A stretch of DNA of 64,000 bases from Octopus vulgaris (GCA_951406725.2 OX597824.1:94116001-94180000), one strand, 5' to 3'; positions 41,029 to 55,573 are shown, numbered from the stretch's first letter. The notes: generated by a model from the sequence alone, not told the origin. Made by a program: numbers and translations.

Positions 41029-41432
41029 AGGAAGGAAAGAACGAAAGAAAGAAAGAAAGAAAGAAAGAAAGGAACATGATATGAAGAGAGATGACTGGAT
41101 GGATAGAGAGTGAGGGATATTGAGAGAGAGATAGAGAGAGAGAGAGGGAGAGAGGGAGGGAGAGAGAGAGAGAGAGATCAGTAGAGGTAGATAGGCGGGT
41201 GGGATGTATTAGCATAAAGATAGGTTGTCAGACAGACAAACAAATCGATAGGTCGAACGGTAGATAGATATGTTAGATCTATGGAAGACAGACTGACAGG
41301 CAGGTAGACAGGCAGAAAAGCGGCCAGATAATTATATAGATAGACGCATTTCAAGATAGACATATAGACAGAGAGAAAAAGAACATATATCAGGGAATAC
41401 ATGCGGAATGACAGACAGGGACGCAGCCACAG

Positions 41433-41472
<40 letters not shown>

Positions 41473-41518
41473 ACAATCAAAGAGGTAGATGGATAGATAG
41501 AGAGAGAGAGAGAGAGAT

Positions 41519-41607
<89 letters not shown>

Positions 41608-41661
41608 GAGGGGAGAAAGAGAAAGAGAGAGAGAGAGAGAGAGACATAGATAGATAGATAA

Positions 41662-41744
<83 letters not shown>

Positions 41745-42123
41745 TATAAGCCGAAGGAGACAGGGGAAAACTATATACGTATGTGTATGCGTGTGTATGT
41801 GTGTCAGTTTGTGTGTGTGTGTACGTATGTTAAAAGTCAAAATGTGTCTCATATATTTGAATATTTGATTTTCTTTAATTTACTCATTATCACTGATGCA
41901 TAATATTTTTAGTATGTTTATAGGTTTATCAGAATATCCGGGTATATATGTAAATATATGTATAAACCTACACATACAAACACATACATGTGTAATGCCT
42001 GTATCTATGAATATAAATATATATATATACATATATATATATATACATATATATATACATAGTTATATATATAGACCTATATATAGACATATATATACAT
42101 ATATAAATGTATATATATATATA

Positions 42124-42155
<32 letters not shown>

Positions 42156-42325
42156 CATGGACTGATATAAATATAGATGTACAAATGCAGACATATACAT
42201 ACATAGGCATATATATGTATATGTATAACTATATATATATATGTATATATATATATATACAGAAAGAGGGTGAGAAAGAGAGAGAGAAATTTACGCAGGT
42301 GTATGTGTTCATATATCTTTTGATA

Positions 42326-42380
<55 letters not shown>

Positions 42381-42554
42381 ATATATGTGTATGTTTATGC
42401 ATATCAATATATATGCGAACTCATACATATTCACATATAAGTGTGTATACCTATTCATACATATATACACACATATATACATATATATATGTATATATAT
42501 AGGCTTATATGAATATACACGCACATATATATATATAAACAAATTACTACACAC

Positions 42555-42617
<63 letters not shown>

Positions 42618-42728
42618 CATTATTCACCCTTTGTGTATGTGTTTATATTACTCTTACGATACTACGCATGTAATTGTAGTTTAATACGTCCTTCTTTGCG
42701 ACTGACTGCATATCCCTCTGATCATGAA

Positions 42729-42773
<45 letters not shown>

Positions 42774-43263
42774 GTGTGTTTGTGTGTGTTTGTGTGCCTC
42801 TATGCGTGCGTGTGTGTGCATGTGTGTGTGTGCCCGTATGTATATACATATGTATATGTGTATATATATGCATGCACATCTATACCTACTTCATTTTATG
42901 CATATATATATATTGATGCGGTGTGTATATGTATGTATATGTGTGTATGCATATGTATATATATATATATATATATGTACACATATATATATATATATAT
43001 ATATACGTACATATATACATATACATGTATATATAAATATACACGTATGCACATGTGTTTGCATGTTTGCATATGGAAGTGTATACTTACTTATTTATGT
43101 ATATACACATGCATACAAATATACATAAATATACAGATATATATGTGCATGTTTATGTATATATATATATGTGTGTGAGTGTGTGTGTGTATGTATAGGT
43201 ATATATATATATTTATACATATCTTTATATGTATATACATACACATATATATTTATTAATATA

Positions 43264-43315
<52 letters not shown>

Positions 43316-43334
43316 TGTATATACGCACATTTAT

Positions 43335-43379
<45 letters not shown>

Positions 43380-43404
43380 ATATATCTATATATATATATA
43401 TATA

Positions 43405-43560
43405 CAAATTTGTGTACGTAAAAGTGTCGGCAATGTCAGCGCATGCGCAAATTTACACATCACTTTCAATTACATAAACCGCCGCCATTTCTTGTAAACT
43501 CTTTGTTCATGAAAGCTTGCAATTTCAAACAGTCCGTATGAAAAGCGTGATATCAGAGAC
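43405..43560. promoter_or_regulatory. Unique island with NRF1-like and YY1-like motifs
   Basis: GCGCATGCGC at 43439-43448 and CCGCCATTT at 43482-43490. Confidence 0.35.
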
Positions 43561-43603
43561 ATATATGTGTATACATTTGCATGGGTGTATATATGTACGT
43601 GTA

Positions 43604-43642
<39 letters not shown>

Positions 43643-43800
43643 AATTGTGTAAGCGTACCGGTGGGTAGTAGGGAGAGGAGGAAAGTTATTGAGATGGGTG
43701 GTTAAAGAAAGAGAGTATTTAAGTTTATTTGAAGAGGTATGAATGAAAGACGTTGAAAAGTGGAATAATATGATGATGATGATGGCGGTGGAGGTGAAGA

Positions 43801-43841
<41 letters not shown>

Positions 43842-44177
43842 CTTGTGTGTTTGTGTATGTAGCTGTGAGTTTCATCTGTATTTGTATATATGTTGCAAAA
43901 CGTTTATCTGTTGTGCTTCTATGAGTCGGTCCATGCGTGCGTCTGAGAGCAATTGTGGCGCTTTTTTTTTTCTTTTTCGCAGCTTTCAGAGTGAGGATTG
44001 TGTGGGATATGGACACATGTTAAAAACGAAAGATGCGAGGAGAATTAAAGAAGATAGGTTGATGTATGTACACGCATACACACGCACGCCAGCGTGTATG
44101 CTCGTATATTAGTTTGTGAATGTGTATACACATAGATACATTCGTATATACACTTATAAAAACGTATGTATATGTAG

Positions 44178-44303
<126 letters not shown>

Positions 44304-44392
44304 ATAGATAGATAGATAGATAGATAGATACATACATATATATGTATATGTTTATAAATATATAAATATATCTGTGTATGTAGGTATATGTG

Positions 44393-44457
<65 letters not shown>

Positions 44458-44483
44458 ATATGTATATATATATATATATATAC

Positions 44484-44515
<32 letters not shown>

Positions 44516-44521
44516 GTATGT

Positions 44522-44563
<42 letters not shown>

Positions 44564-44835
44564 CATATGTGAGTGTCTGTGTGCATGTCTGCGTGTCTTT
44601 CTTTTTGTGTGTGTGTGTGTGCGTGTGTATGTGTGTACATCTATGTGTCTGTGAACGTATAAGAATATAGCGATGAGCTTGTGGTATACACCTCGCTTGG
44701 ATATTATATATATATATATATATACATATACACACACACACTAAGTGCTTGGTTATATTTGACCTTGCACATGCACCCTTATGCATAGTAGTGTATGCAA
44801 CCTCATTCCTCCATACCAGCGATATTATCTATAAA

Positions 44836-45069
44836 GGGTGGCGAGCTGACAGAATCTTTAGCAGAATCTTTAGCCGGGCGAAATGCCTAATATTATTTCA
44901 TCTGCAGTTATGTTCAAATTCCGCCGAGGTCGACTTTGCCTTTTATCCTTTGGCGGTCGATTAAATAAGTAGCAGTTACGCCCTGGGAGTCGATGTAATC
45001 GACTTAATCCCTTACTTTGTCCTTGTTTGTCCCCTTTATGTTTAACCCGTTGTGGGCAATAAAGAAATA
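44836..45069 (+). mobile_element. SINE family A monomer (tail A) with 15-bp TSD
   Basis: TSD gatattatctataaa at 44821-44835 and 45070-45084; this defines the element 3' end as AAAGAAATA. Confidence 0.92.
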
Positions 45070-45393
45070 GATATTATCTATAAATATGGACGCCGCTCGA
45101 GTTCGGTACTTTTGTTATCAACGATGAAAGGATAAATTGCAATGCTGGCCTCGGCGGAGTTTAATTTAGATATCCACAAGACATACAGCAAGGCATTCTG
45201 TGTGTGTGTGTGTGTATGCATGTATATATATATAACAAATTAAAAGGGTGGCTTATTAGCTATGAGAACCTAAATGCAAACTTGATAGAGGTCAGAAAAG
45301 TTTTAAAGGGTACTGAGTAGCACCGCCTTTGCTAAAGATAAGAGTTAAACTAACTCAAAACCAGTGCGTTTGTGGCTTTGAGCCAGTTTAACT

Positions 45394-45547
<154 letters not shown>

Positions 45548-45789
45548 TACATATATATATACATATATATACATATATATATACATATATATATACACAC
45601 GCAACGGTGTGTGTGTGTGTGTATGTGTTTTTGTTTTTGTGCGTTTGATAGAATGTGCAATAAATTTCGAATATGTACCTGAACGAATTCTAAGATAAGT
45701 GATTCTAAGCGGTGCAATTTGACCAGAGAGAAACAGAAAATTAACGCAATGATTGCGGGTGGATGATTATATATATATATAGTTTGTCT

Positions 45790-46395
45790 ATGAATGAAAT
45801 ATGAAGAGGAAAGGAAAGATAGAGAGTATGATAGAGAGAGAGTGGGGGGAGAATGTGTGATAGACAACGAGAGAGAGGGGGAGAGGAAGAGACAGAGATG
45901 GAAAGCATGTGAGTTTAGTGCGAGAGGAATTTTTTTTATATGTAGTGAGATACAAAGAGAATGCTGGGAAATGAGTTACAGGAAGAGTCAATGCACATGC
46001 GTGAGAGAGAGAGAGAGAGAGAGAAAGGGTGTGCGCGCGCGTCACTCGTGTGTGAGTGTGTGTGTGTGTGGCTTCATAATGGGATAGAAAACATTAATGA
46101 AAGTGAGAACAAGAGACGTGGAGAGATTGCAAAGAGTATGTTAGAACTTCAGAGAGAGGAGAATAATATATATATATATATATATACAGAGAGAGAGAGA
46201 GAGAGAGAGAGAAAGAAAGAAAGAGAGAGAGAATGTGAGAGAGAGAAAGAGGGGAAGAGAAAGAGAGAGAAAGAAAGTATGTGTGCATGTGTGTGTGGTT
46301 TTTTAATGTGACAGAAAACATTGAATGTAAGGAGAAGAAAGACGGAGAGAAGGTAAGAGTATATTTGAGCTTCTGAGAGAGAGACATAGAGAGAG

Positions 46396-46479
<84 letters not shown>

Positions 46480-47795
46480 CGTGTGTGTGTTTATAGGAAA
46501 GTTAGTGATTGAAAATATTTGAAGAACCAGAATGGAGTTAAATGAGTCGTAAAGATGTTAAGAAATCGCTGTAGTTAGGAGAACGGTGAGGTGGAATAGA
46601 GAGTGGCAGCAGGGAGAGAGAAGAGTATAATGATATAATGAGAGGGGGAAAGAGGTATGGGGGGAGGAGTGAGGTGGTAAAAAGCGAAGCTAGAGAAAGT
46701 TGGAAGTAGAAAGAGAAGAAGGAATGGTTTAGAGAATGAGGGTTTAGAGAGAGGGACAGTTAGAGAGTGACGGCGGGAGTGATAGAATGTTAGAGAAGAT
46801 TTGGAGAGAAAGAGAGAGAAGGGGAGAGAGAGAGAAAGAGAGATGTGTTAGATAATGAATGGTTAGTGAGAGAAGGGTTCAGATAAAGAGAGAGGGGGAG
46901 GAGAGAGATGAGTTAGATAATGTAGGGTGTAGTGAGAGGAGGGTTTAGAGAAAGCGGGCTTTATAGAGATGGTGGGTTAAAAAGTAAAGACTAGAGAGAG
47001 ATTTCGAGAAGGAATTGTTGACAGAGAGAGAGGGGGAAGAGAGAGCTAGAGAATGAAGGTGTGTGAGAGAGAGGGAGAGTTAGAGAAAAGCTTTAAAGAG
47101 AGAGATGGGGTGAGGGAGTTGATGATAAATGTAATGAGAGAAGGAAGCTTGTATGGCGAGGGTTTGGTTAGTAAATGTAGGATAGATATCTTAAGAATGG
47201 AATCTCCAGAAAAGGAAGAAATAGAGGACGAAGGGTAAGAGAGAGTGTTGCCGCGCGCGCGAAAGAGTGTGATGGAGCTTTGAAGAGGCAATAAGAGAAA
47301 GAGAGAGAGAAGGAGATAATGAACGGTGTAAGAGAGAGAGAGAGAGAGAGAAATTCGAAGAAGGAAAGGTTTAATGTAAGGGATGTTAGACAATGAAAGG
47401 GTTAAGAGAGAAATGAAGAGAGATATAAGGGTAGACGAGGGAGGGAGCATTTGAAAGTGAAGGGTGTAATAGAAAGGGTGTTAGAGACTGAATGAGATGG
47501 AGAAAGTGAGAGGGAGAAGAGAGACGAAGTAGTTCAATAGAGAGAGAGGGAGTGAATAAGAGAGTGTAGGTTGTTTAAAGGGAGAGGAAGGTTGGAGAAT
47601 GAATGATGTGTTGAAAGAGGGGGAGGGGCTTTGTTGGGTGTGATTGTGGCGGGAAGAGGAGAGGCGTGTGTTGAGGTTTATGAGGAAGAGTAAAGAAAGA
47701 AAGAAAACAAAACAAAAGAAAAAAGAAAGAAAGAAAGAAAGAAAGAAAATGAGAAAGAAATAACGAAGAAAAAGAAAGTAAGATAGATAGATAGC

Positions 47796-47867
<72 letters not shown>

Positions 47868-47879
47868 ACGAAAGAAAGC

Positions 47880-47939
<60 letters not shown>

Positions 47940-48217
47940 ATTGAGGAGAGTTGGAGGGGGGAAAATGCAGTTCTTTCAGGATTGATAAACAGTTAACGGA
48001 AGCAATATTAAAGATGAAGAAGTAAGGAGAATGAGAGACAAAGATCGAATCGGAGAGAGAGAGGGAAAGAGAGAGATAGAGAGAGAGGTGGGTTAGGTGT
48101 GAGACGAAGACAGTAAGAGAAAGAGAAATTCTAAAGATGACAGATGTATATCTAACAAAAGAGCGGTAGGAAAAAGGGAGTTAATTAAAAGGGAAAACTT
48201 TTTCAATACCAGAAATA
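45790..48217. repeat. About 2.4-kb purine-rich (GA) low-complexity tract
   Basis: The plus strand is dominated by A/G, with embedded (GA)n, (GAAA)n, (GATA)n and (TG)n. Confidence 0.9.
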
Positions 48218-48538
48218 GTGATAGTGACAGGAACAGGGGAAATGATGATGATGATGATGATGATGACGATGATGATGATGGGGGAAATGATAGTGGTGGT
48301 GATGGTAGTGGTGATGGTCGGTAAGTTAGTGATGGTACTGGTGATTGTAATGTTGGTGATGGCGCTAATGATGGTGGTGATGGTGGTGGTGTTTGTGATG
48401 ATGATAGTGATAGTGATAACGGTTGTGGTGGTGGTGGAGATGGTGGTGGTGGTGGTGGTGATGGTGGTGGTGATGGTGATGGTGGTGGTGATGGTGGTGG
48501 TGATGGTGATGGTGGTGGTGGTGGTGGTGGTGGTGGTA
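48218..48538. repeat. (GAT/GGT)n array
   Basis: Direct read. Confidence 0.93.
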
Positions 48539-49218
48539 GCAGATCGTCGTTCGACAGTGAAGATTCGGTTGTTCGATTAACTGAATTACCTACCCCTGAT
48601 TTGACGTCTACGCGGCTGAGTATTCCACAGACATGTGTCACCTTAAAGTAATTCTTACGTAGAATCAGCATGGTACAGTGTGTATGGCGAGGCTGTACTT
48701 TTTGAACCACAAGTATAATCCATCACATGGGATACCTCACAATTTCCTTTTCGTTTCCAAATTTCTAACACAAAGTATAGACCGACCATAGCCTACAGAA
48801 AATAACAATTGCCTAAGATGCCGAATGGGATCGAAACCGATATCTCTTGGCTGCAAAGCAAACTTCTTAAACATTTAGCCACACTACAATAAAAGGAACA
48901 AATATTACTAAGCTAATTGACTGAAAGTTCTTGTTGTTCTTCTTCTTTAGGCCCTCGATCACTCCGGGCGTTCCAGATGCGACCATCTATTCTTTTTTCA
49001 GTATTTTTATTTCAAACACTCTTTACTACAAAACAGTAGGATGTTCTGGCGGAGATTTGGCTGCTATTTTTAGAAATTCCCTAGTTTTCGCTTCTTGTAG
49101 CCGTTTCTATAGCAACTGTTGTTATTAATATTATTATTACCCTTGTTGTTATTGTTGTTTGTCGTTGTTGTCTACTCGAAATCAGCCATAATCCAACTCA
49201 CCACTTTCAACCGTAGCT

Positions 49219-49369
49219 ATTTCGTACTTTTTGTTGTATCATTTCGTACTTTTTGTTGTATTATTTCGTACTTTTTGTTGTATCATTTCGTACTTTTTGT
49301 TGTATCATTTCGTACTTTTTGTTGTATCATTTCGTACTTTTTGTTGTATTATTTCGTACTTTTTGTTGT
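49219..49369. repeat. 22-bp minisatellite, about 7 copies (atttcgtactttttgttgtatY)
   Basis: Units start at 49219, 49241, 49263, 49285, 49307, 49329 and 49351; only the last base varies (C/T). Confidence 0.97.
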
Positions 49370-49924
49370 CCACTACATTGTTATTCTCTTTAAGACGGGC
49401 GGGAGTAATTTAAGGGAGATTTGGCTCTTACTTCTAGCCAAACAAGTGACCTTTTTGAGTTTCCATCATTGACTCAAGAAATATATGAATGTATTCCATT
49501 TGCCGGGGAAAGCAGTGACTTAGCCGAGTTGTTACAACATCTGAGAGCGCTTCTGGTGGTGTTTGTTTCAACTCTCTGGGCTCTAAATTGAAATAACGCG
49601 TAACTCAGGTTTGCTTTGGCTCATTCTGGGATCCATAAAGTATAAGTCAAGCGAATAACTCACTCACTCCCTCTCTCTTTCGGAATCGGCATCTTTATGA
49701 AATTCACACACAAACCAGATACAGAAATAGAGAAAGTACAGTAAATTGATGCAGATGCGAAATTAAGATCGTTTTAATACATCAAATCCCAGAGTTCAAT
49801 TACACTTCGCTGCAATATGGCTGCTGATGCCTTAGGGGTATTTAGATGCACTATGTGCGGAAGTCCGACTGTATGGATTGTGTCTACAATTCAAATGATC
49901 AGGTGTGCCACATTGAGGTACACT

Positions 49925-50286
49925 AAGCGACGACGAGGGTTCCAATTGATCCGATGAACGGAACATACTGATCGTGAAATTAATGTGCAAGTGGCTGAGC
50001 ACTCCAGAGACACGTGTACACTTAACTCAGTTCTCGGGGAGATTCAGCGTGACACAATGTGTGACAAGGCTGACCCTTTGAAATGCAGGTACAACAGAAA
50101 CAGGAAGAAAGAGTGAGAGAAAGTTGTGGTGAAAGAGTACAGCAGGGTTCGCTACCACCACCACCCCTGCTGGAGCCTCGTGTTTTCGCTCAATAAATAC
50201 ACACAACGCCCGATCTAAGCATCGAAACCGCGATCCTACGACCGCGCGAGTCCGCTGCCCTAACCACTGGGCCATTGCGCCTCCAC
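49925..50286 (-). mobile_element. SINE family C, full-length
   Basis: Reverse complement of ggaggcgcaatggcccagtggttagggcagcggactcg...; A-box TGGCCCAGTGG. Confidence 0.92.
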
Positions 50287-50899
50287 CTTTCGGCAAATAA
50301 CTGTGATATAATTGTAGCGACTTAGTTTCAGGAGTAACAGTAGCTCCTGTAACAAGTTTCAAGGAGTGTAAAATTGGTTGCAAAAATCACTGAAACGATG
50401 AAGCCCAAACAAAGGCGCAAACCGTTTAAAAATAGAAGCCATGACACCCTCCTGTCGCCAGCGATCTTCTACGTTGATTGGTCATTTTGGTCGACCCGCG
50501 AATATACTTGAAAAGGCCTGCTCAACGGCCTGTGCAGAGGCATCGATCTTAAGACCATCTAATTAGGAAAACAATACTTTCACTTCCTAACCATGGCTGG
50601 GGACATAGTAATCCAATATGACAGATAGATTAACAGCAAATTGGCTCCAGCAAATGAGACTTGCATAAAGTTAGTTTCAGTGACGGACGAAATAATAGAC
50701 GGTCAGCTAATTGCACATGTGTGTGTGTGTGTGTATAGGTATGTAGGTTTGGATATGTTTATATGTAAAATATACATACATACACACTCACACACACACA
50801 CTCATTGATTTGCTATACATACAGACAATGTGAGAGACGGATAATATATATATACATAGTATCCGTCTCTCTCTATATATATATATATACATACATATA

Positions 50900-51011
50900 T
50901 ATTTCTTTACTACCCACAAGGCGCTAAACACAGAGGGAACAAACAAGGACAGACAAACGGATTAAGTCGATTATATCGACCCCAGTGCGTAACTGGTACT
51001 TAATTTATCGA
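50900..51011 (-). mobile_element. SINE family A 3' half (tail A)
   Basis: atttctttactacccacaagg...aactggtacttaatttatcgac. Confidence 0.88.
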
Positions 51012-51529
51012 CATAGACACACACACACACATATATATATATATGCATAAATATACAAACTCAGACGACTACAGACGCATATATATATATATATAGATTC
51101 CGATTTTGATATATTTATATATAGGTAATGAGAGAGGGGGCATAGAGACAGATGGTTATATAGACAAGCAAATTGATTTATGTCTATATGTAAGGGGGAA
51201 TTGACGGGGAAGTTATATGCGTATATGTGTGTGCATATAAGTATGTGCGTATAATCACACAGACACACATATACATATATATGTATGTGTTTTGTATGTA
51301 TGTATGTATAATTGATAGATTGAGAGATAGATGCCGACAAAAGTTAATATAATATATTGCCGAGTTCAGTCTATAGATCTGCCGATTCCATGACCAGAAA
51401 GGAATCCGTCAAAGCTGTGTCGGCATGATTTCAATTTCTTTGATAAGTCTCAACTGTTTATAGAAGTTCCGATACACGAGGGAATCGGTTTCGCGCTTCA
51501 CTCCACCCGTCTTAATACTTGGCACTCAC

Positions 51530-51658
51530 CCAAAACGCAATCCATCTGATTACAAATGAGATATTTACACAGTTTTTCATAATGTCTTCGCAATGGCTTG
51601 CTGCAATTTCGCCAGCGAGACATCAACACAGACAGCGGCGTTGAACACAGCCGCCCAC
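51530..51658 (-). other. Candidate 129-nt exon
   Basis: tgcttgcttatacacgtag|GTGGGC...TTTTGG|gtgagt. Phase 1 is open throughout (GRLCSTPLSVLMSRWR...MDCVL); phase 2 gives WAAVFNAAVCVDVSLAKLQQAIAKTL*; an internal ATG at 51580 gives MKNCVNISFVIRWIAFW. Confidence 0.5.
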
Positions 51659-51680
51659 CTACGTGTATAAGCAAGCACAG

Positions 51681-51720
<40 letters not shown>

Positions 51721-51810
51721 GCACAAACACGTATACAAACACACACACACATACACACGTCCGCGGACGCACATACGATTTCAATACATACACTTATATA
51801 TATAAACATA

Positions 51811-51854
<44 letters not shown>

Positions 51855-52074
51855 GTATGTATTTCTGTATGTATGCATATATATATATACACACACACAC
51901 AACATACATACACTTATGTAATTATGTATATATCCTTATATGCATGTATGTATGTATTAAGTATGCGTGCATGTAGGTATGCATGTATATACATATACAT
52001 ATATATATATGCATATGTATATATATGTATATGTATATGTATATGTATGTATGTATGCATGTATTTATATTAGC

Positions 52075-52696
52075 CGCCGTCGTCGTCGTCGTGTGGTGAT
52101 ACTAGTGGTGTTAGTAGTGGTAGTTTATATGGTAGTGGTGATGGTGGTGGTGTTGACGGTGGTGGTGGTGATGGTGGTGGTGGTGGTGGTGGTGCTGCTG
52201 CTGCTGCTGTTGATGATGGAGGTGGTGCTGAGGCTGCTGGTGCTATTGGTGGTGGTTGTGGTGGTGTATGCGGTAGAGGTGGTGGTAGTAGTGGTGTATG
52301 TGGTGGTGGTGGTGGTGGTGGCGGTGGTGATGGTGGTAGTGGAAGTGATGCTTGTGATGATAGTGGTTGTGATGGGTCTGGTAATGTATATGGTTGTGGT
52401 GGTATCGGTGGTGCTGCTGCATATGGTAGTGGTGTTGGTGTTGGTGGTGGTGGTGGAGGTGGTGGTGGCGGTTGTGGTGGTGGTGGAGGTGGAGGTGGTG
52501 GTGGTGGTGGTGGTGGTAATTAACTTTGCTGTAGTGCTCGATGTGTGGTTCCTTGTATTTTCATAATAAAGAGATATACGACGAGGATGATGACGACGAT
52601 GATGATGATGATGATGATGATGACGATCACCATCATCGTCCTCATCATCATCATCAATATCATCGTCGTCATCATCATCATCGTCATCATCATCAT
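52075..52696. repeat. (GGT)n then (GAT)n/(CAT)n arrays
   Basis: Direct read. Confidence 0.93.
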
Positions 52697-52881
52697 AGAC
52701 TCCAGTTGACACAAGCCTCGTTACTGGTTCTGTGTCGCCGAAAACTGTGCGGAATCCTGCGATACCGAATGTGCCAAAAATTGAAAATATTCAACCTTGT
52801 TACACTTGTTACACTGTGTCACACAATTTCACTTTGAGTCACATTGTGTCACATCGTGCCACACTGCGTTTTACTGCGTCA

Positions 52882-53520
52882 CAGAGGGCAGTATCTGTTA
52901 GGGGTAGGGCTGAAGGAGCAGACAGACATCGTAGTTGGTATAGTCATAACAATCAAGATTTATTAGAAGCAATATCATGAGGTTTGGTAAAGGAAAACTT
53001 AATAAAAGAGGTTAGCTGACAATTAAGGGGGTTCACCCACTAGCAGACCATTGATAATGAAACAGGGGAAGTCTTATCGCGTAGTACTATAGCTAAATAT
53101 TTTAAACAATGTTGCTATATGGTATGCAATTAAAGTTAAGGGTTATTCAGAGGATTATTAAAACAAAAGAATATAAATTTATGAATGCTTTTGAGTATAT
53201 ACTAAACTTTTACCACAAAAGAGGGAGGAAAAGAAATTATCCAGAAATAGTTTAATATTTATGCATATTGTACACTTAAATAGTAACTCATCAGATAGTA
53301 TCTGTGAATATTGATTAATTGGTATATACTTGTATTAATAGTGTATTGAATTAAATGAACATGCTAATTATATATTTATAAAATTGTAATCTAAACAGAT
53401 TTTTTTATAAGTAGTGAATATACCGGTATAGTTTTATATAAGCTAAGTATGAATTTATAGAGATATGAAAATTAGATTAATTTTATAAATAAATAAATGC
53501 TAATTATAAAATAAAATAAT
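52882..53520 (+). mobile_element. Possible Tc1/IS630-like transposase N-terminal relic
   Basis: Stop-ridden frame containing IDNETGEVLSRSTIAKYFKQ, resembling the xSxSTIxRxL helix-turn-helix of Tc1/IS630 transposases. Confidence 0.35.
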
Positions 53521-53521
53521 C

Positions 53522-54092
53522 AAGTAGGACAAAACACCATAGAAAAGGAAATAAAATGGCTTAATTACTAATACTATGGTAAAGTATATGTAGCTTATTA
53601 ACACCAATAGAGAAGATTTTTAGAAAAAGTATAATAATTCAAAATATATTAGACTAAAAATTATATATTTACTTATTTAGCTAATATCAATAAAAGACTG
53701 ATATCTAGTATCAGCTAAAGGAATATTTAAGTTATGGAACAATCATATCTTACACTAATCTTTTTTTTAAAAACTAAGGGTTATATTATAGGTTTAAAAA
53801 GTTATTATTGTTACTCCCTATAGTTTCTTAGTGGTACTTGTTTAGAAGGGTTATTTATATAAAGGCCCTAATAAATACTAAGATCAGGAGGGTAGAGTCA
53901 TTTAAGAAAGAGATAAATCAAGTAATTTCTAAAGATCATTTCAAACAATATTGTCTTATAGTATAAAATTAAAATTTAGGGCAATCAAGAAGATTATTAA
54001 GAATGAAATTTTAACAAAACGATAAAACTTCTCGAAATATTCAAAATATTTAAGCAATTTAATTTCCTTCTCTATGGTGTTCTGCCCTACTG
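53522..54092 (+). mobile_element. TIR-bounded DNA element (Tc1/mariner-like), about 570 bp
   Basis: 53523-53552 versus the reverse complement of 54062-54091 match 27/30, extending to about 45 bp. The right end reads CAGT on the minus strand. Internal remnants TPYS...V*K and ISKDHFKQYC resemble DDE C-terminal motifs. Confidence 0.65.
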
Positions 54093-54281
54093 CATTTTAA
54101 ATTGATGTAATGATTGCATTACTCAATTAAATGGAGTTGCATGAAACGATCGTACTGCATTACCTCTGGATATCCTTCTTGCTTATTTTGATTTTAATCA
54201 CCTTACTTTGAAATTGTATGGATAATACCGTACTAAATTCTGGTGCCTCAACTTAAGTAACATATTCATCAGAATATATAT

Positions 54282-54316
<35 letters not shown>

Positions 54317-54320
54317 CGTG

Positions 54321-54353
<33 letters not shown>

Positions 54354-54369
54354 ATATATATATATATAC

Positions 54370-54965
54370 GCGTAGGAGTGGCTGTGAGGTAAGAAGCTTG
54401 CTTCCCAACCACACGGTTCCGGGTTCTGTCCTACTTTATTATACCTTGGGCAAGTCCTCTACTTCGGCCGACCAAAGCCTCGTGAGTGGATTTGGTAGAT
54501 GGAAACTGAAAGAAGCCTGTCGTATAATATACATATGTTTATGTTTGTGTGTCTGTATTTGCCCCCCCCCCCCCCATCACTTGACACTGATGTTGGTGTG
54601 TTCACGTACCCGTAACTTAGCGGTTCGGCCAAAGTGACCGATTGAATAAGTACTGGGCTTACAAAGAATAAGTCGTGGGGGTGATTTTTTCGACTAAAGG
54701 CGATGCTCCAGCGTGGCCGCAGTCAAATGACTGAAACAAATAATAAAAGAATGTATATGTATGTCTAAAGGCGGCAAACTAGCAGTAGCGTTAGCACGCC
54801 GGAGAAATTCTGTTCTGAGTTCAAATTCCGCAGAGGGCGACGTTGCTCTTTCATCCTTTCAGGAGTCGATAAAATAAACACCAATGGAGTACGGGGCGCG
54901 GAGGTGGGGGTCGATGTACTCCTCCTCCTCCTAAACTGCTGGCCTTGTGATAAAATTTAAAACCG
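54370..54965 (+). mobile_element. SINE family B (54370-54750) followed by SINE family A (54768-54965)
   Basis: Matches to both family patterns. Confidence 0.88.
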
Positions 54966-55472
54966 ATATATATGCAGGGGCGGACCCAATGTGGATCCTG
55001 AGGGGCATGTGTACCCTTCAAAAAAGAAGTGAGCCCTTTTAAATAACGTTATTACGCCCTTTTCTCTTGGAATTATATTCTTTTTTGACCTTGTGCCCTC
55101 TCTTCGAAACCTTCCAGGGATCGTTTTGTACGATGAATGAATATTACTTTATGTAAGATTCCATACAAAACGTAGAATAAATAAATAAATAAATTTATTA
55201 AATGACTCTAATATGGTGGAAGATTACATTCAGGAATTCTGAATTTCTGTGCAACCAGCTTAATGAATGCTGCACTTCATCAGCTTCTGCAAGTTTAATG
55301 CATGTTTATTGCATGCTTATGCACAGAAAAGAATTTTGGTGATAGCTAAAATTCCGACACTAAATTCTCTGTCGTTCAACGGAAGCAATTCATTTAGACT
55401 CGACTGTAAGATTTTGTGTTTATATGGACGCTAATATATCAGTGATGGACAGCTAATGAGACAGACAAATAG

Positions 55473-55488
55473 GTAGATAGATAGATAT

Positions 55489-55573
<85 letters not shown>

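Noticed and set aside
50190-50286. tRNA gene
   Set aside because: The tRNA-like head continues into the SINE C body and lacks a closing acceptor stem.
52950-54060. Mitochondrial insertion (NUMT) or ciliate-code gene
   Set aside because: No recognisable mitochondrial gene or tRNA; reading TAA/TAG as Gln does not give a coherent ORF; TIRs favour a transposon.
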